This document shows, in pieces, positions 9,598 to 18,407 of a DNA stretch of 64,000 nucleotides. The DNA is from Paenibacillaceae bacterium (lineage in GTDB: Bacteria > Bacillota > Bacilli > Paenibacillales > Paenibacillaceae). Under the pieces are notes generated by a model. That model worked only from the letters and a program-made list of their open reading frames with translations. It ran no database searches and was not told the origin of the DNA. A program made the translations under genes and the position numbers. The DNA is taken from assembly GCA_900766135.1 (NCBI GenBank), contig CAAFUF010000001.1, positions 27,455 to 91,454 of the forward strand, read 5' to 3'. Numbering within the stretch: the stretch's first letter is position 1; each line of letters begins with the position of its first letter.

Positions 9598-10479
9598 ATG
9601 AATCAACCCATCAACGGCGCAGGACGCGCGAGAAACGATATATCCATCTTAAAATGCCCGGTATGCGGAGGGCGATTTGACGCGAACGGCCCGCAAAGCT
9701 TGACCTGCCCCCAAGGGCATGCGTTTGATATGGCGAAGCAAGGTTACTTCAACCTGACGATTCGTCCGGCTCATAGCCATTACGACAAGGAGCTCTTCGC
9801 CGCTAGGCGGAGTATCATTACGGAAAGCCGCTTATACGCCCCTCTGCACGAAACGATCGCAAGGATGATCGCGAACCGAGCCGGCAACCCTGCTTCTGGC
9901 GGACTGGTCGTCGATATGGGCTGCGGGGAAGGCTCGCATTTGCAGAAAATTTTGCATGGGCTGGGTCCGTCGGGCTGGATTGGCCTGGGAGTCGATTTGT
10001 CCAAAGAAGGCATCCGTTTGGCTGCCCGACAGTATGCGGATGGACTTTGGGTCGTTTCGGATTTGGCCCATGCGCCGCTGCAGGACCAATCGGCTCAGGT
10101 GGTACTCAACCTGCTGTCCCCGGCCAATTATCGGGAGTTTAAGCGAATCCTTGCTCCGGAGGGCGTTCTCGTCAAAGTCGTTCCGGGTGCGGACTACTTG
10201 CGGGAGCTGCGGGAGACGTTGCACGGCGACAGCAACAAAAGGGATTACTCCAACGCCAACATCGTGACGTTGTTCCGCCAACATTTTTCTAAGATGGAAG
10301 TGGTGCATTTGAAGTACCGGCAGTGGTTAGATACCGAGGCCTTGCGTGATTTAGTGCGCATGAGCCCGCTCGCCTGGTCCGCGGAGCAGGCGAAAATCGC
10401 GGCGTTTACGGATCGGGATGGCGCGGAAATCACCGTGGACGTGGATCTGTTGTTGGGTCGGAAGGACTCGCTTAGCTAG
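9598..10479 (+). CDS. rlmA: 23S rRNA (guanine-N1)-methyltransferase RlmA family; probably RlmA(II)/TlrB-like (G748)
   Basis: N-terminal Zn-binding CPVC..C..GHAFDMAKQGYFNL; SAM motif VVDMGCGEG, GVDLSK; SPANYREFKRIL. Start moved to ATG 9598 behind an AGGAAGGGAAAG RBS. Confidence 0.88.
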   Translation: MNQPINGAGRARNDISILKCPVCGGRFDANGPQSLTCPQGHAFDMAKQGYFNLTIRPAHSHYDKELFAARRSIITESRLYAPLHETIARMIANRAGNPASGGLVVDMGCGEGSHLQKILHGLGPSGWIGLGVDLSKEGIRLAARQYADGLWVVSDLAHAPLQDQSAQVVLNLLSPANYREFKRILAPEGVLVKVVPGADYLRELRETLHGDSNKRDYSNANIVTLFRQHFSKMEVVHLKYRQWLDTEALRDLVRMSPLAWSAEQAKIAAFTDRDGAEITVDVDLLLGRKDSLS

Positions 10480-10544
10480 ACGGCAAATCCGCATTGCGCT
10501 ATCATTTACTAGACTAAAGATCTTGTACGGATGGGAGCAGGCAT

Positions 10545-11228
10545 ATGATCGGGACATTGGTGAACACTGCGGCGATTTTGGCGGGCAGCGTGCTGGGAAG
10601 CATTTTCAAGAAAGGGCTGAAGGAAAAGTATCAGACCGCGCTGTTTACCGCGATCGGCTTGGCCGCTACGCTGCTGGGGATTAACGCCGCGGTGGCGCAT
10701 ATGAAGGACAGCTCGTTTCCCGTGCTGTTCATTATCAGCTTGGCGGCGGGGAGTCTGATCGGGACGGCGCTGGATATCGACGGTAGTTTCCAGAGGCTGG
10801 TCGGGCGTTTCTCCACCTCGAATCTAGGTCAGGGGTTGTCCACGGGAATTCTGCTGTTTTGCATCGGGACCCTGTCGATCCTGGGACCGATCGAAAGCGC
10901 AATTCACGGAAATCACACCTATCTGTACATGAACGCAACCCTGGATCTTGTGACCTCCATGGTGTTGGCCTCCTCGTATGGCATCGGGATTGCACTAACT
11001 GCCGTCGTGCTCTTTCTTTGGCAGGGAGCGATTTATATGAGCGCCGACTATCTGGCGCCTTTTCTGACGGCCCCGTTGCTGACCGAAATCTCCATCGTCG
11101 GCGGCGTGCTGATTGCAAGCTCGGGGTTATCGATTTTGAAAATCATCGAGGCGAAAACCTTGAACATGCTGCCGGCGTTGTTAGTGCCGGTGATCTGGTT
11201 TTTGTTGAAGGGGTTATTGGGTTATTGA
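10545..11228 (+). CDS. DUF554 family membrane protein (YdfK/YqgA-like)
   Basis: MIGTLVNTAAILAGS, LLFCIGTLSILGPIES, NMLPALL motifs; multiple TM segments. Confidence 0.88.
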   Translation: MIGTLVNTAAILAGSVLGSIFKKGLKEKYQTALFTAIGLAATLLGINAAVAHMKDSSFPVLFIISLAAGSLIGTALDIDGSFQRLVGRFSTSNLGQGLSTGILLFCIGTLSILGPIESAIHGNHTYLYMNATLDLVTSMVLASSYGIGIALTAVVLFLWQGAIYMSADYLAPFLTAPLLTEISIVGGVLIASSGLSILKIIEAKTLNMLPALLVPVIWFLLKGLLGY

Positions 11229-11231
11229 AAG

Positions 11232-11272
11232 AACGCTCCTTTCGGGTATATCTGCCCGAAAGGAGCGTTTTC
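11232..11272 (+). terminator. Intrinsic terminator
   Basis: aacgctcctttcggg ... cccgaaaggagcgtttt. Confidence 0.85.
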
Positions 11273-11368
11273 ATATTGATCCATCGATCAAGCTACCTTC
11301 CGATTTTCATGAACCCTGCCAACTTCGATCTGTGATAAAGTAATAGCAAACCGGGAAAGGGATGGGTT

Positions 11369-13096
11369 ATGAGACGCTTAATAAGACTTCAAGGCTCGGT
11401 GTTTACGCGGTTCGTGGCTGCTTTTTTACTAGCGATCATGCCGATTTGCGCGATCGGGGTGACGCTCTACAATTGGCAAATCCGCTTGTTGGACAACACG
11501 ACGGTAGAAGCCTTTGGAACAGCCGCCAAACACGGCTTCGATAAAATGGAAAACGAATTGGATAAAGTGAAGACGCTTTCATATGCGGTTTTGGCGGACG
11601 AGGATTTGCTGGCGCTGGCGAATTCCGGGATGATTATGGACAACTATCAGAAGACCGTATCGATGAACCGTTATATCCGCCGCATGGAAAATTTGCAGGA
11701 TAGCAGCAGTTATATCCAAAGAGTCGTGACCTATATCCCGGGCCTGAATCGCGTTTTGGATGCATCCGGCGATCTGTCCTCGGACGCGGGAAACCCGTTG
11801 CAAATTTACGCGGCGTCGCAGCGGCAAAACGGGTGGCATTTTACCGTATGGGAGGACCGCTTGTTCTATGTCTTGACGAGTCCCGGCGCCGCGGCGGGGA
11901 AATCCAATTTCACCTATCTGCTGATCGTTGAACTATCCGCAAGCCGGATCCGAAACGAACTGGCCGGGATTGCGGGCGCCGAGCAGGCGATCGTATATGA
12001 CGCCCATCATACATATGCGGCATACGCAAGGGATTCCGATCCAGCGGATCGTCCTATCGATTTGAAAAGCTTGGTGCTGCAAAAGGCGAACGCCGATCCG
12101 CTCAAAGTAAACGCCGGCGGACGGACCGCCTGGATCGTGAACCAGGATTCGGAATACCAGGGCTTAAGCCTGGCGGCTTATCTGCCCGAGGGAGAAATCA
12201 ACCCTCAACTGAGGGAACTGCGACGGTATTTTATTATCTTTAGCTTGGCGGTGATTTTGACCGTGTTTATTCTAACCTACCTAACCGCCAATCTGATCAA
12301 GCGACCGTTGGGCAAGCTGGTGTCGGCCTTCAACGAGGTGGAGCGGGGTAATTTGAACTTGCGGCTGGAGCACCGGAATAACGATGAGTTCCGCTACATC
12401 TACCGTTCCTTCAACGCGATGGTCGCTAAAATCAAAGGGCTGCTGGAGCAAGTTTACGAGCAGAAGATACTGGCGCAAAGCGCGGAACTGAAGCAGCTGC
12501 AGTCGCAAATCAATCCGCATTTCCTGTACAACAGCTTTTTCGTGATCCGCAATATGGCGAGATTAAACGATACCGAAAGCGTCAAACGCTTTACGGAGTA
12601 TTTGGCCAAATATTATCAATTCATGACCCGGCGGGAGTCCGGCGATGTCCGCTTGGCCGAAGAGGTGGAGCATTCCCGCGTCTACGCCGATATCCAAAAA
12701 ATGCGGTTCGGCGAGAGGATCCAGATCCGCTTTGGCGAAGTTCCGCCGTCCGCCGCGAATCGGCTTGTGCCGCGCCTGATCTTGCAGCCGCTGGTCGAGA
12801 ACGTGTTTGAGCACGGAATCAGCAGCCTGGCGGAGGAAGGGATTATTCAGGTTGACTTTGCCGACGAGGACGGAAAGTTGACCGTATGCGTAGAGGACAA
12901 CGGGGGGATTTCCGAAGCGGAGATCGAAGCGATCCGGCAAAGCTTGAAACAGCCTTTCGGCGAGGTGAGCGGCATCGTCAACATCCACAAACGGCTGCGG
13001 CTTCTCTTCGGCGAAACCAGCGGCATCGGCGTGGACCGGAGCGGGCTGGGCGGCTTGAAAATCACGTTAACGATAGGTGGGACAGAACATGTATAA
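11369..13096 (+). CDS. Sensor histidine kinase, YesM/LytS-like (2 TM, HAMP, His_kinase)
   Basis: LQSQINPHFLYN H-box, LQPLVENVFEHG N-box, VEDNGG. Confidence 0.93.
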   Translation: MRRLIRLQGSVFTRFVAAFLLAIMPICAIGVTLYNWQIRLLDNTTVEAFGTAAKHGFDKMENELDKVKTLSYAVLADEDLLALANSGMIMDNYQKTVSMNRYIRRMENLQDSSSYIQRVVTYIPGLNRVLDASGDLSSDAGNPLQIYAASQRQNGWHFTVWEDRLFYVLTSPGAAAGKSNFTYLLIVELSASRIRNELAGIAGAEQAIVYDAHHTYAAYARDSDPADRPIDLKSLVLQKANADPLKVNAGGRTAWIVNQDSEYQGLSLAAYLPEGEINPQLRELRRYFIIFSLAVILTVFILTYLTANLIKRPLGKLVSAFNEVERGNLNLRLEHRNNDEFRYIYRSFNAMVAKIKGLLEQVYEQKILAQSAELKQLQSQINPHFLYNSFFVIRNMARLNDTESVKRFTEYLAKYYQFMTRRESGDVRLAEEVEHSRVYADIQKMRFGERIQIRFGEVPPSAANRLVPRLILQPLVENVFEHGISSLAEEGIIQVDFADEDGKLTVCVEDNGGISEAEIEAIRQSLKQPFGEVSGIVNIHKRLRLLFGETSGIGVDRSGLGGLKITLTIGGTEHV

Positions 13097-14708
13097 ACTG
13101 CTGGTCGTCGACGACGAACCGTTTATTTTGGACGGCTTGGTCGATCTTTTTCAGGAAAATGAAGAGCTTGATGTCTACAGCGCCGCTTCGGGAGACAAGG
13201 CCCTTGAGCTTCTAAGCCGAACCCGCATGGACATCGTGCTGAGCGATATACGCATGCCGGGCACAAGCGGCCTGGAGCTGCAAAAGGAAATCCAGCGGCA
13301 GTGGCCTTACTGCAAGCTGGTTTTTCTTACGGCGCACAGCGAATTTGCGTATACCTACCAGGCGATCCAAAACAACGCGGTAGGTTACGTGCTCAAAAGC
13401 GAAGGCGAGGAGGCGATCGTCGAAGCCGTGAACCGTTGCCTTCGGGAGATCCGACGGGAGCGGCAGACCCAGGAATTTATCAAGGAGAACGAGGACTACA
13501 TCGCCTCGGCGCTTCCCATGCTGCAAAGCGCGTGTCTGCTGAAGCTGCTGGAAGGCGAGCCGGCGGAAGAGTATCTGCGCGATTTCGGCAAATACCGGAT
13601 CCGCCTTAACCCGGAGGAGCCGGCCATCCTGGTCGCGTTGCGCCTCGACAGAAAATCGCTGCGCGGTACGTCGCACAGCCAGCTTCATCTTTTTCTGCAA
13701 ATTAAGGCAGTGTTTCAAAAGTATCTTGCGGACGTATTTACCGGCTACGAGGCGACCTTCGAAGGCAAGCACATGATCTGGGTGCTTCAACCGAACGGGG
13801 AGGAGCAAAACCTGTTGTATTTGAAGGAAACCTTGGAAATCGTGCAGGCGCATTGTCTTGAGGCGTTGGGCGCTTCCGTCTCCGTCATCTACGACGATTA
13901 TGCCGAATGGCGAGACCTCCCCGGGCGCTTCGGCGCCGTCAAACTGATCCTGAATCAAATCACGATCAACGATGACGAGCTGGTTCTGGCCAATTCCCGC
14001 TTCTATCTGGAGCGCAAAGGCGAGGAGTCCGGGCGGCCGGAGAGGGAGGCGGGGCGGATGAAACGGTTGTCCTTGCTGCGAAGCTGCCTTGAAGAAGAGG
14101 AGGACACGTTGTTTTATCGAACCTTGAGCGAGCTGCTGAACGAGGACGAAGGCCCGAGGGATGCGCTGCTGGATAACCTGGAGCTGTACCATGCTCTCAC
14201 TGACATGCTAATGTCCTATATCAGCACCCGCAAGCTGTCCAAAGAGCTGCTGTCCGACCAGGACCTGTTCGAGCTGTTTACCCGTTTCCGCGACAAAAGC
14301 TCCATGGAGAACAGCATCGTCAAGCTGGCGGGGCGGATCTTCGCACTCCGCCAAAAGAAGCAGGCGACGCATAGCAACAATTTCGTCGCCAAGGTCAAGC
14401 ATTATATCTCCGGGCATTTGTCCGAGGACCTTTCGTTAGCAACGCTCGCCGAACGGTTTTATATCAACCCCGTATACATGTCGCGTTTATACAAGCAGAC
14501 GACCGGCAGCAATTTGGCCGACGATATCACCCGCCTAAGGATCGAATACGCCGAACGCCTGTTGCGGGATACTGAAATCAAGATCCACCAGATTGCCAAA
14601 GAATCGGGATACGATTCGGCGGCTTATTTTACCCGGGTGTTCAAAAAGCAAAAAGGGGTAACGCCCAATGAATACCGCGCTCGATTTGCTCCGAATCTTC
14701 CGGACTAG
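13089..14708 (+). CDS. Response regulator, YesN-like (receiver + AraC HTH)
   Basis: LVVDDE..DIRMPG receiver; C-terminal GYDSAAYFTRVFKKQKGVTPNEYR; ATG overlaps the kinase stop (ATGTATAA). Confidence 0.93.
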   Translation: MYKLLVVDDEPFILDGLVDLFQENEELDVYSAASGDKALELLSRTRMDIVLSDIRMPGTSGLELQKEIQRQWPYCKLVFLTAHSEFAYTYQAIQNNAVGYVLKSEGEEAIVEAVNRCLREIRRERQTQEFIKENEDYIASALPMLQSACLLKLLEGEPAEEYLRDFGKYRIRLNPEEPAILVALRLDRKSLRGTSHSQLHLFLQIKAVFQKYLADVFTGYEATFEGKHMIWVLQPNGEEQNLLYLKETLEIVQAHCLEALGASVSVIYDDYAEWRDLPGRFGAVKLILNQITINDDELVLANSRFYLERKGEESGRPEREAGRMKRLSLLRSCLEEEEDTLFYRTLSELLNEDEGPRDALLDNLELYHALTDMLMSYISTRKLSKELLSDQDLFELFTRFRDKSSMENSIVKLAGRIFALRQKKQATHSNNFVAKVKHYISGHLSEDLSLATLAERFYINPVYMSRLYKQTTGSNLADDITRLRIEYAERLLRDTEIKIHQIAKESGYDSAAYFTRVFKKQKGVTPNEYRARFAPNLPD

Positions 14709-14845
14709 TTCCATGGTTGCAAGCGGATTCATTTTGGTTGAGAGAAGACAAGAAAGGTAGAGATCTTATTATATTCAGCGTGCCGCAGGCTGAACTACAC
14801 TTAAAGCGAAGGTTAGGCACAACAAAAAAAGGGTGGTGTAGGGCA

Positions 14846-16477
14846 ATGAAAAAGATGAAATCTCTTCTTTCGCTGTTCGCGGCGGCGGCGGTGCTTCTCT
14901 CTTTGCTTGCCGGTTGCGCAAAAAGCGAGACGAACAACTCGCCGCAAACGTCGGAAGGAACAGGACAAGATTCCAATGAAATGATAACGGTTACAGCAGT
15001 GAGGCCGGTCCCGGACGATTTGAAGTTCGAGGGATCTGATACCCTGGACAACAACGTGTGGACCCGGTTGTACGAATCGGAGCTCGGCATCAAACTGAAT
15101 TACGAGTGGATGGTTCCGATCGCCCAATACGAGCAAAAGCTGAACATTTCGATCGCCTCCAATGATTTACCGGATATTTTTCAGGTGAACGCCTCGCAGC
15201 TTAAACAGCTTGCGTCCGATGGCCAATTGGCCGATCTCACGGCCATCTTCGACGAGCAGGCGAGCGACTACACGAAAGACGTCCTTAGCCAGGATGGCGG
15301 GAACGCGCTGGCGTCGGCGAAGTTTGACGGCAAGCTGCTGGCGATTCCGAAGATGGCTTCCGGACTTGGGCAGGCCAACGTGCTGTGGATCCGTACCGAT
15401 TGGCTTAAGAAGCTGAACCTGGAAGCCCCCAAAACGATCGAGGACGTCAACAAAATCGCCGAGGCGTTTACTAAAAACGATCCTGACGGCAATCAAGCCA
15501 ACGATACGTTCGGGCTTGGCCTGAACAAGGATTTGTGGGGGATGTTCGCTTCCCTGGAGGGATATTTCAACGGATATGGCGCATACCCGAACATCTGGGT
15601 CAAAAATGAAGCCGGCCAGTTGGAATCGGGCAATATTCAACCCGAAGTCAAAGAAGGGTTGGTAAATTTACAGAAATTGTTTGCCAGCGGATACATCGAT
15701 CCTGAATTCGGCGTGAAGGACTCCTTCAAGGTGAGCGCGGATGCCAGCGCCAATAAAATCGGCATGTTTTATGGCCTGTTCTGGAACATGGGCTGGCTGT
15801 CCGAAGCCAAAACGGCCCATCCGGAGATGGAATGGACGCCGTACGCTTTGGTCGGCAAAGAAGACGGCGGCACCTTGGTTCAGGTACCGTTTCCGATCAA
15901 CACGTATTACGTGGTAAACAAAAACGCCAAAAATCCAGAAGCGATCATTCAAATGCTTAACCTGCAATTGGAAAAATGCTTCGGCGCGACGGCAGAACCG
16001 GAGATTTACAACGTAGACGCCGCCGGAAATCCGATTTTTGAATACCCGCTGGTTTATTCCGAACCGCCGATGAAAAATCCGGACGCCCAAGTGAAGGTGA
16101 CGGCCGCGCTGGAGCAAGACGACACCGGCGCATTGAACCCGGAAGAACTCAGCTATTACAACAGCATCAAGGCGTTCCGCGGAGGCGACCTGGCCGGTTG
16201 GGGAACGGAGATGATGTACGGTCCCGAGGGATCGCTGGCCGTGATTAACCAGTATGCCGAAAACGGCAGAGTGTTGGACGACGCCTACTTCGGGCCGCCG
16301 ACGGAGGCAATGACGCAGAAGGGAGCCATCTTGTCCCAAACCCAATTGCAGACGTTCACCGAAATCATAATGGGCGGGGACATCGGCAAATTCGACAAAT
16401 ACGTTTCCGATTGGAAGACGCTGGGCGGCGACCAAATTACGCAAGAGGTTAACGCCTGGTACGCCGATCGCCAATAG
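14846..16477 (+). CDS. Carbohydrate ABC transporter substrate-binding lipoprotein (LplA-like)
   Basis: MKKMK signal peptide with LAGC lipobox; LWIRTDWLKKL, DPDGN motifs; start moved to ATG 14846. Confidence 0.92.
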   Translation: MKKMKSLLSLFAAAAVLLSLLAGCAKSETNNSPQTSEGTGQDSNEMITVTAVRPVPDDLKFEGSDTLDNNVWTRLYESELGIKLNYEWMVPIAQYEQKLNISIASNDLPDIFQVNASQLKQLASDGQLADLTAIFDEQASDYTKDVLSQDGGNALASAKFDGKLLAIPKMASGLGQANVLWIRTDWLKKLNLEAPKTIEDVNKIAEAFTKNDPDGNQANDTFGLGLNKDLWGMFASLEGYFNGYGAYPNIWVKNEAGQLESGNIQPEVKEGLVNLQKLFASGYIDPEFGVKDSFKVSADASANKIGMFYGLFWNMGWLSEAKTAHPEMEWTPYALVGKEDGGTLVQVPFPINTYYVVNKNAKNPEAIIQMLNLQLEKCFGATAEPEIYNVDAAGNPIFEYPLVYSEPPMKNPDAQVKVTAALEQDDTGALNPEELSYYNSIKAFRGGDLAGWGTEMMYGPEGSLAVINQYAENGRVLDDAYFGPPTEAMTQKGAILSQTQLQTFTEIIMGGDIGKFDKYVSDWKTLGGDQITQEVNAWYADRQ

Positions 16478-16588
16478 ACATGCTAACGGTCCGGGCATTC
16501 GAGGGAGGGCCCGCGCAGGGAGCGGCTCGAAAGAGCCGTTTCCGGCAAGCGGTCCTTCCCGGATCGCCTGAGGAGAGGAGGATTCATC

Positions 16589-17491
16589 GTGGCGCGCTTC
16601 AAAAGGAACATCCCGCTGCATCTCATGATGCTGCCGGGCGTCATTCTCGTGCTGGTGTATGCTTACGGTCCCATGTTCGGGCTCGTGATGGCGTTTCAAA
16701 ATTTTTCTCCGAGCAAAGGTTTTCTCCATTCCGATTGGGTGGGGCTCGACAATTTCCGCTACATCTTAAGCATCCCGACCATATCCGAAGTCATCCGTAA
16801 TACGCTGATGATCTCGATCTTGAAAATCGTGCTTGGGATCGTGGTGCCGGTTGTCGTCACGCTGATGCTGAACGAACTGCGGTTGCGCCGGCTGAAGAGG
16901 GGCATCCAAACGATCATTTATTTCCCGCACTTTCTTTCGTGGATCATTCTCGCGGGCATCTTCATCGACATCCTGTCCCCATCGGAGGGAGTTGTCAACA
17001 AAATCATTACGGTCTTCGGGTTTAAACCCGTTTATTTTCTCGGGGATCAAACCTGGTTTCCGATCAGCATGATTCTGACCGATACGTGGAAGGAATTCGG
17101 CTACGGCACCATCGTTTATCTGGCCGCTTTGTCGGGCATCAATCCGACGCTTTACGAGGCTGCCCAAATGGACGGCGCGGGGCGCTGGAAGCAAATGTGG
17201 CACATTACCCTTCCCGGACTGATGCCGATGATCATGCTGATGTCCGTGCTGGCTCTCGGAAACATTCTTAACGCCGGCACAAACGGATTTGAACAAATCT
17301 TCAACCTGTACAGCTCGCAAGTTTACAAGACGGGCGATATTCTCGATACGCTGGTGTTCCGGGTCGGCATGCAAAACGCCCAGTTCAGCGTGGCGACCGC
17401 GATCGGCCTCTTTAAAGCCGTGATTTCCTTTATCTTTATTACCACGGGATACTTTGTCGCGAACAAGGCGCTGGGCTATAAAATACTGTAG
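16589..17491 (+). CDS. Carbohydrate ABC transporter permease (LplB-like)
   Basis: PHFLSW, LYEAAQMDGAGRWKQMWHITLP EAA loop; GTG start behind GGAGG. Confidence 0.93.
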   Translation: MARFKRNIPLHLMMLPGVILVLVYAYGPMFGLVMAFQNFSPSKGFLHSDWVGLDNFRYILSIPTISEVIRNTLMISILKIVLGIVVPVVVTLMLNELRLRRLKRGIQTIIYFPHFLSWIILAGIFIDILSPSEGVVNKIITVFGFKPVYFLGDQTWFPISMILTDTWKEFGYGTIVYLAALSGINPTLYEAAQMDGAGRWKQMWHITLPGLMPMIMLMSVLALGNILNAGTNGFEQIFNLYSSQVYKTGDILDTLVFRVGMQNAQFSVATAIGLFKAVISFIFITTGYFVANKALGYKIL

Positions 17492-17504
17492 AAGAAGGGA
17501 TAAC

Positions 17505-18371
17505 GTGGGGAGAAAAATTTTCAATGCGGTCAACGTGCTGATCTTGGCCCTGTTGGCGCTGTCCTGCCTGTTACCGTTCATCAACGTGCTGGCCGTGTCG
17601 CTCAGCTCCAGCGCGGCGGTGTCCACGGGCAAGGTGTTTCTGCTGCCGGTCGATTTTACGCTCGAGTCTTACAAATTCGTAATCGAGAAGCCGGAGTTCT
17701 TCCAGGCATTTACGATCTCGGTCCTTAAGGTTCTCATTGGGGTGCCGGTCAACATGATCCTGACGATCATGCTGGCTTACCCGCTTTCCAAGACGAAAAA
17801 CGAATTCAAATCCCGCAACCTGTATATGTGGTTTTTCGTGGTAACGATGGTGTTCAGCGGCGGGCTCGTCCCTTGGTACATGATTATCAACGCCACCGGT
17901 TTGATCAACAGCTTCTGGGCGCTGATCATTCCTTCCGCGGTCCAGGTGTTCAACCTGGTCATTCTGACCAATTTCTTTCAAGCGCTGCCCAAAGGGATCG
18001 AAGAGGCGGCCTACATCGACGGAGCCTCCCACTGGAAAATCCTGTGGAAGGTATTCGTCCCGCTCTCGCTGCCGGCGATGGCTACGCTCATCTTGTTTTG
18101 CGTGGTGACGCACTGGAATTCCTGGTTCGAGGGGTTGATTCTGATGAATACCCCGGGAAAATATCCGCTGCAAAGCTATTTGCAGACGGTCATCGTCAAC
18201 CGCGACGTGAAGCTGATGACGATGCAGGACGTGCGCCTGCTGAGCATGGTGTCCGAGCGGACTTCGCGCGCCGCCCAGGTATTCGTGGCCACGCTGCCAG
18301 TATTGTGCGTCTATCCGTTTTTGCAGAAGTATTTTACGTCCGGCATCGTGCTTGGCGGAGTCAAAGAGTAG
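17505..18371 (+). CDS. Carbohydrate ABC transporter permease (LplC-like)
   Basis: FSGGLVPWY, IEEAAYIDGA, YPFLQKYF..GGVKE; GTG start at 17505 after AAGGGA. Confidence 0.92.
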   Translation: MGRKIFNAVNVLILALLALSCLLPFINVLAVSLSSSAAVSTGKVFLLPVDFTLESYKFVIEKPEFFQAFTISVLKVLIGVPVNMILTIMLAYPLSKTKNEFKSRNLYMWFFVVTMVFSGGLVPWYMIINATGLINSFWALIIPSAVQVFNLVILTNFFQALPKGIEEAAYIDGASHWKILWKVFVPLSLPAMATLILFCVVTHWNSWFEGLILMNTPGKYPLQSYLQTVIVNRDVKLMTMQDVRLLSMVSERTSRAAQVFVATLPVLCVYPFLQKYFTSGIVLGGVKE

Positions 18372-18407
18372 ATAAACTATCATCTCAATTGGAATGGAGC
18401 ATGCCAG

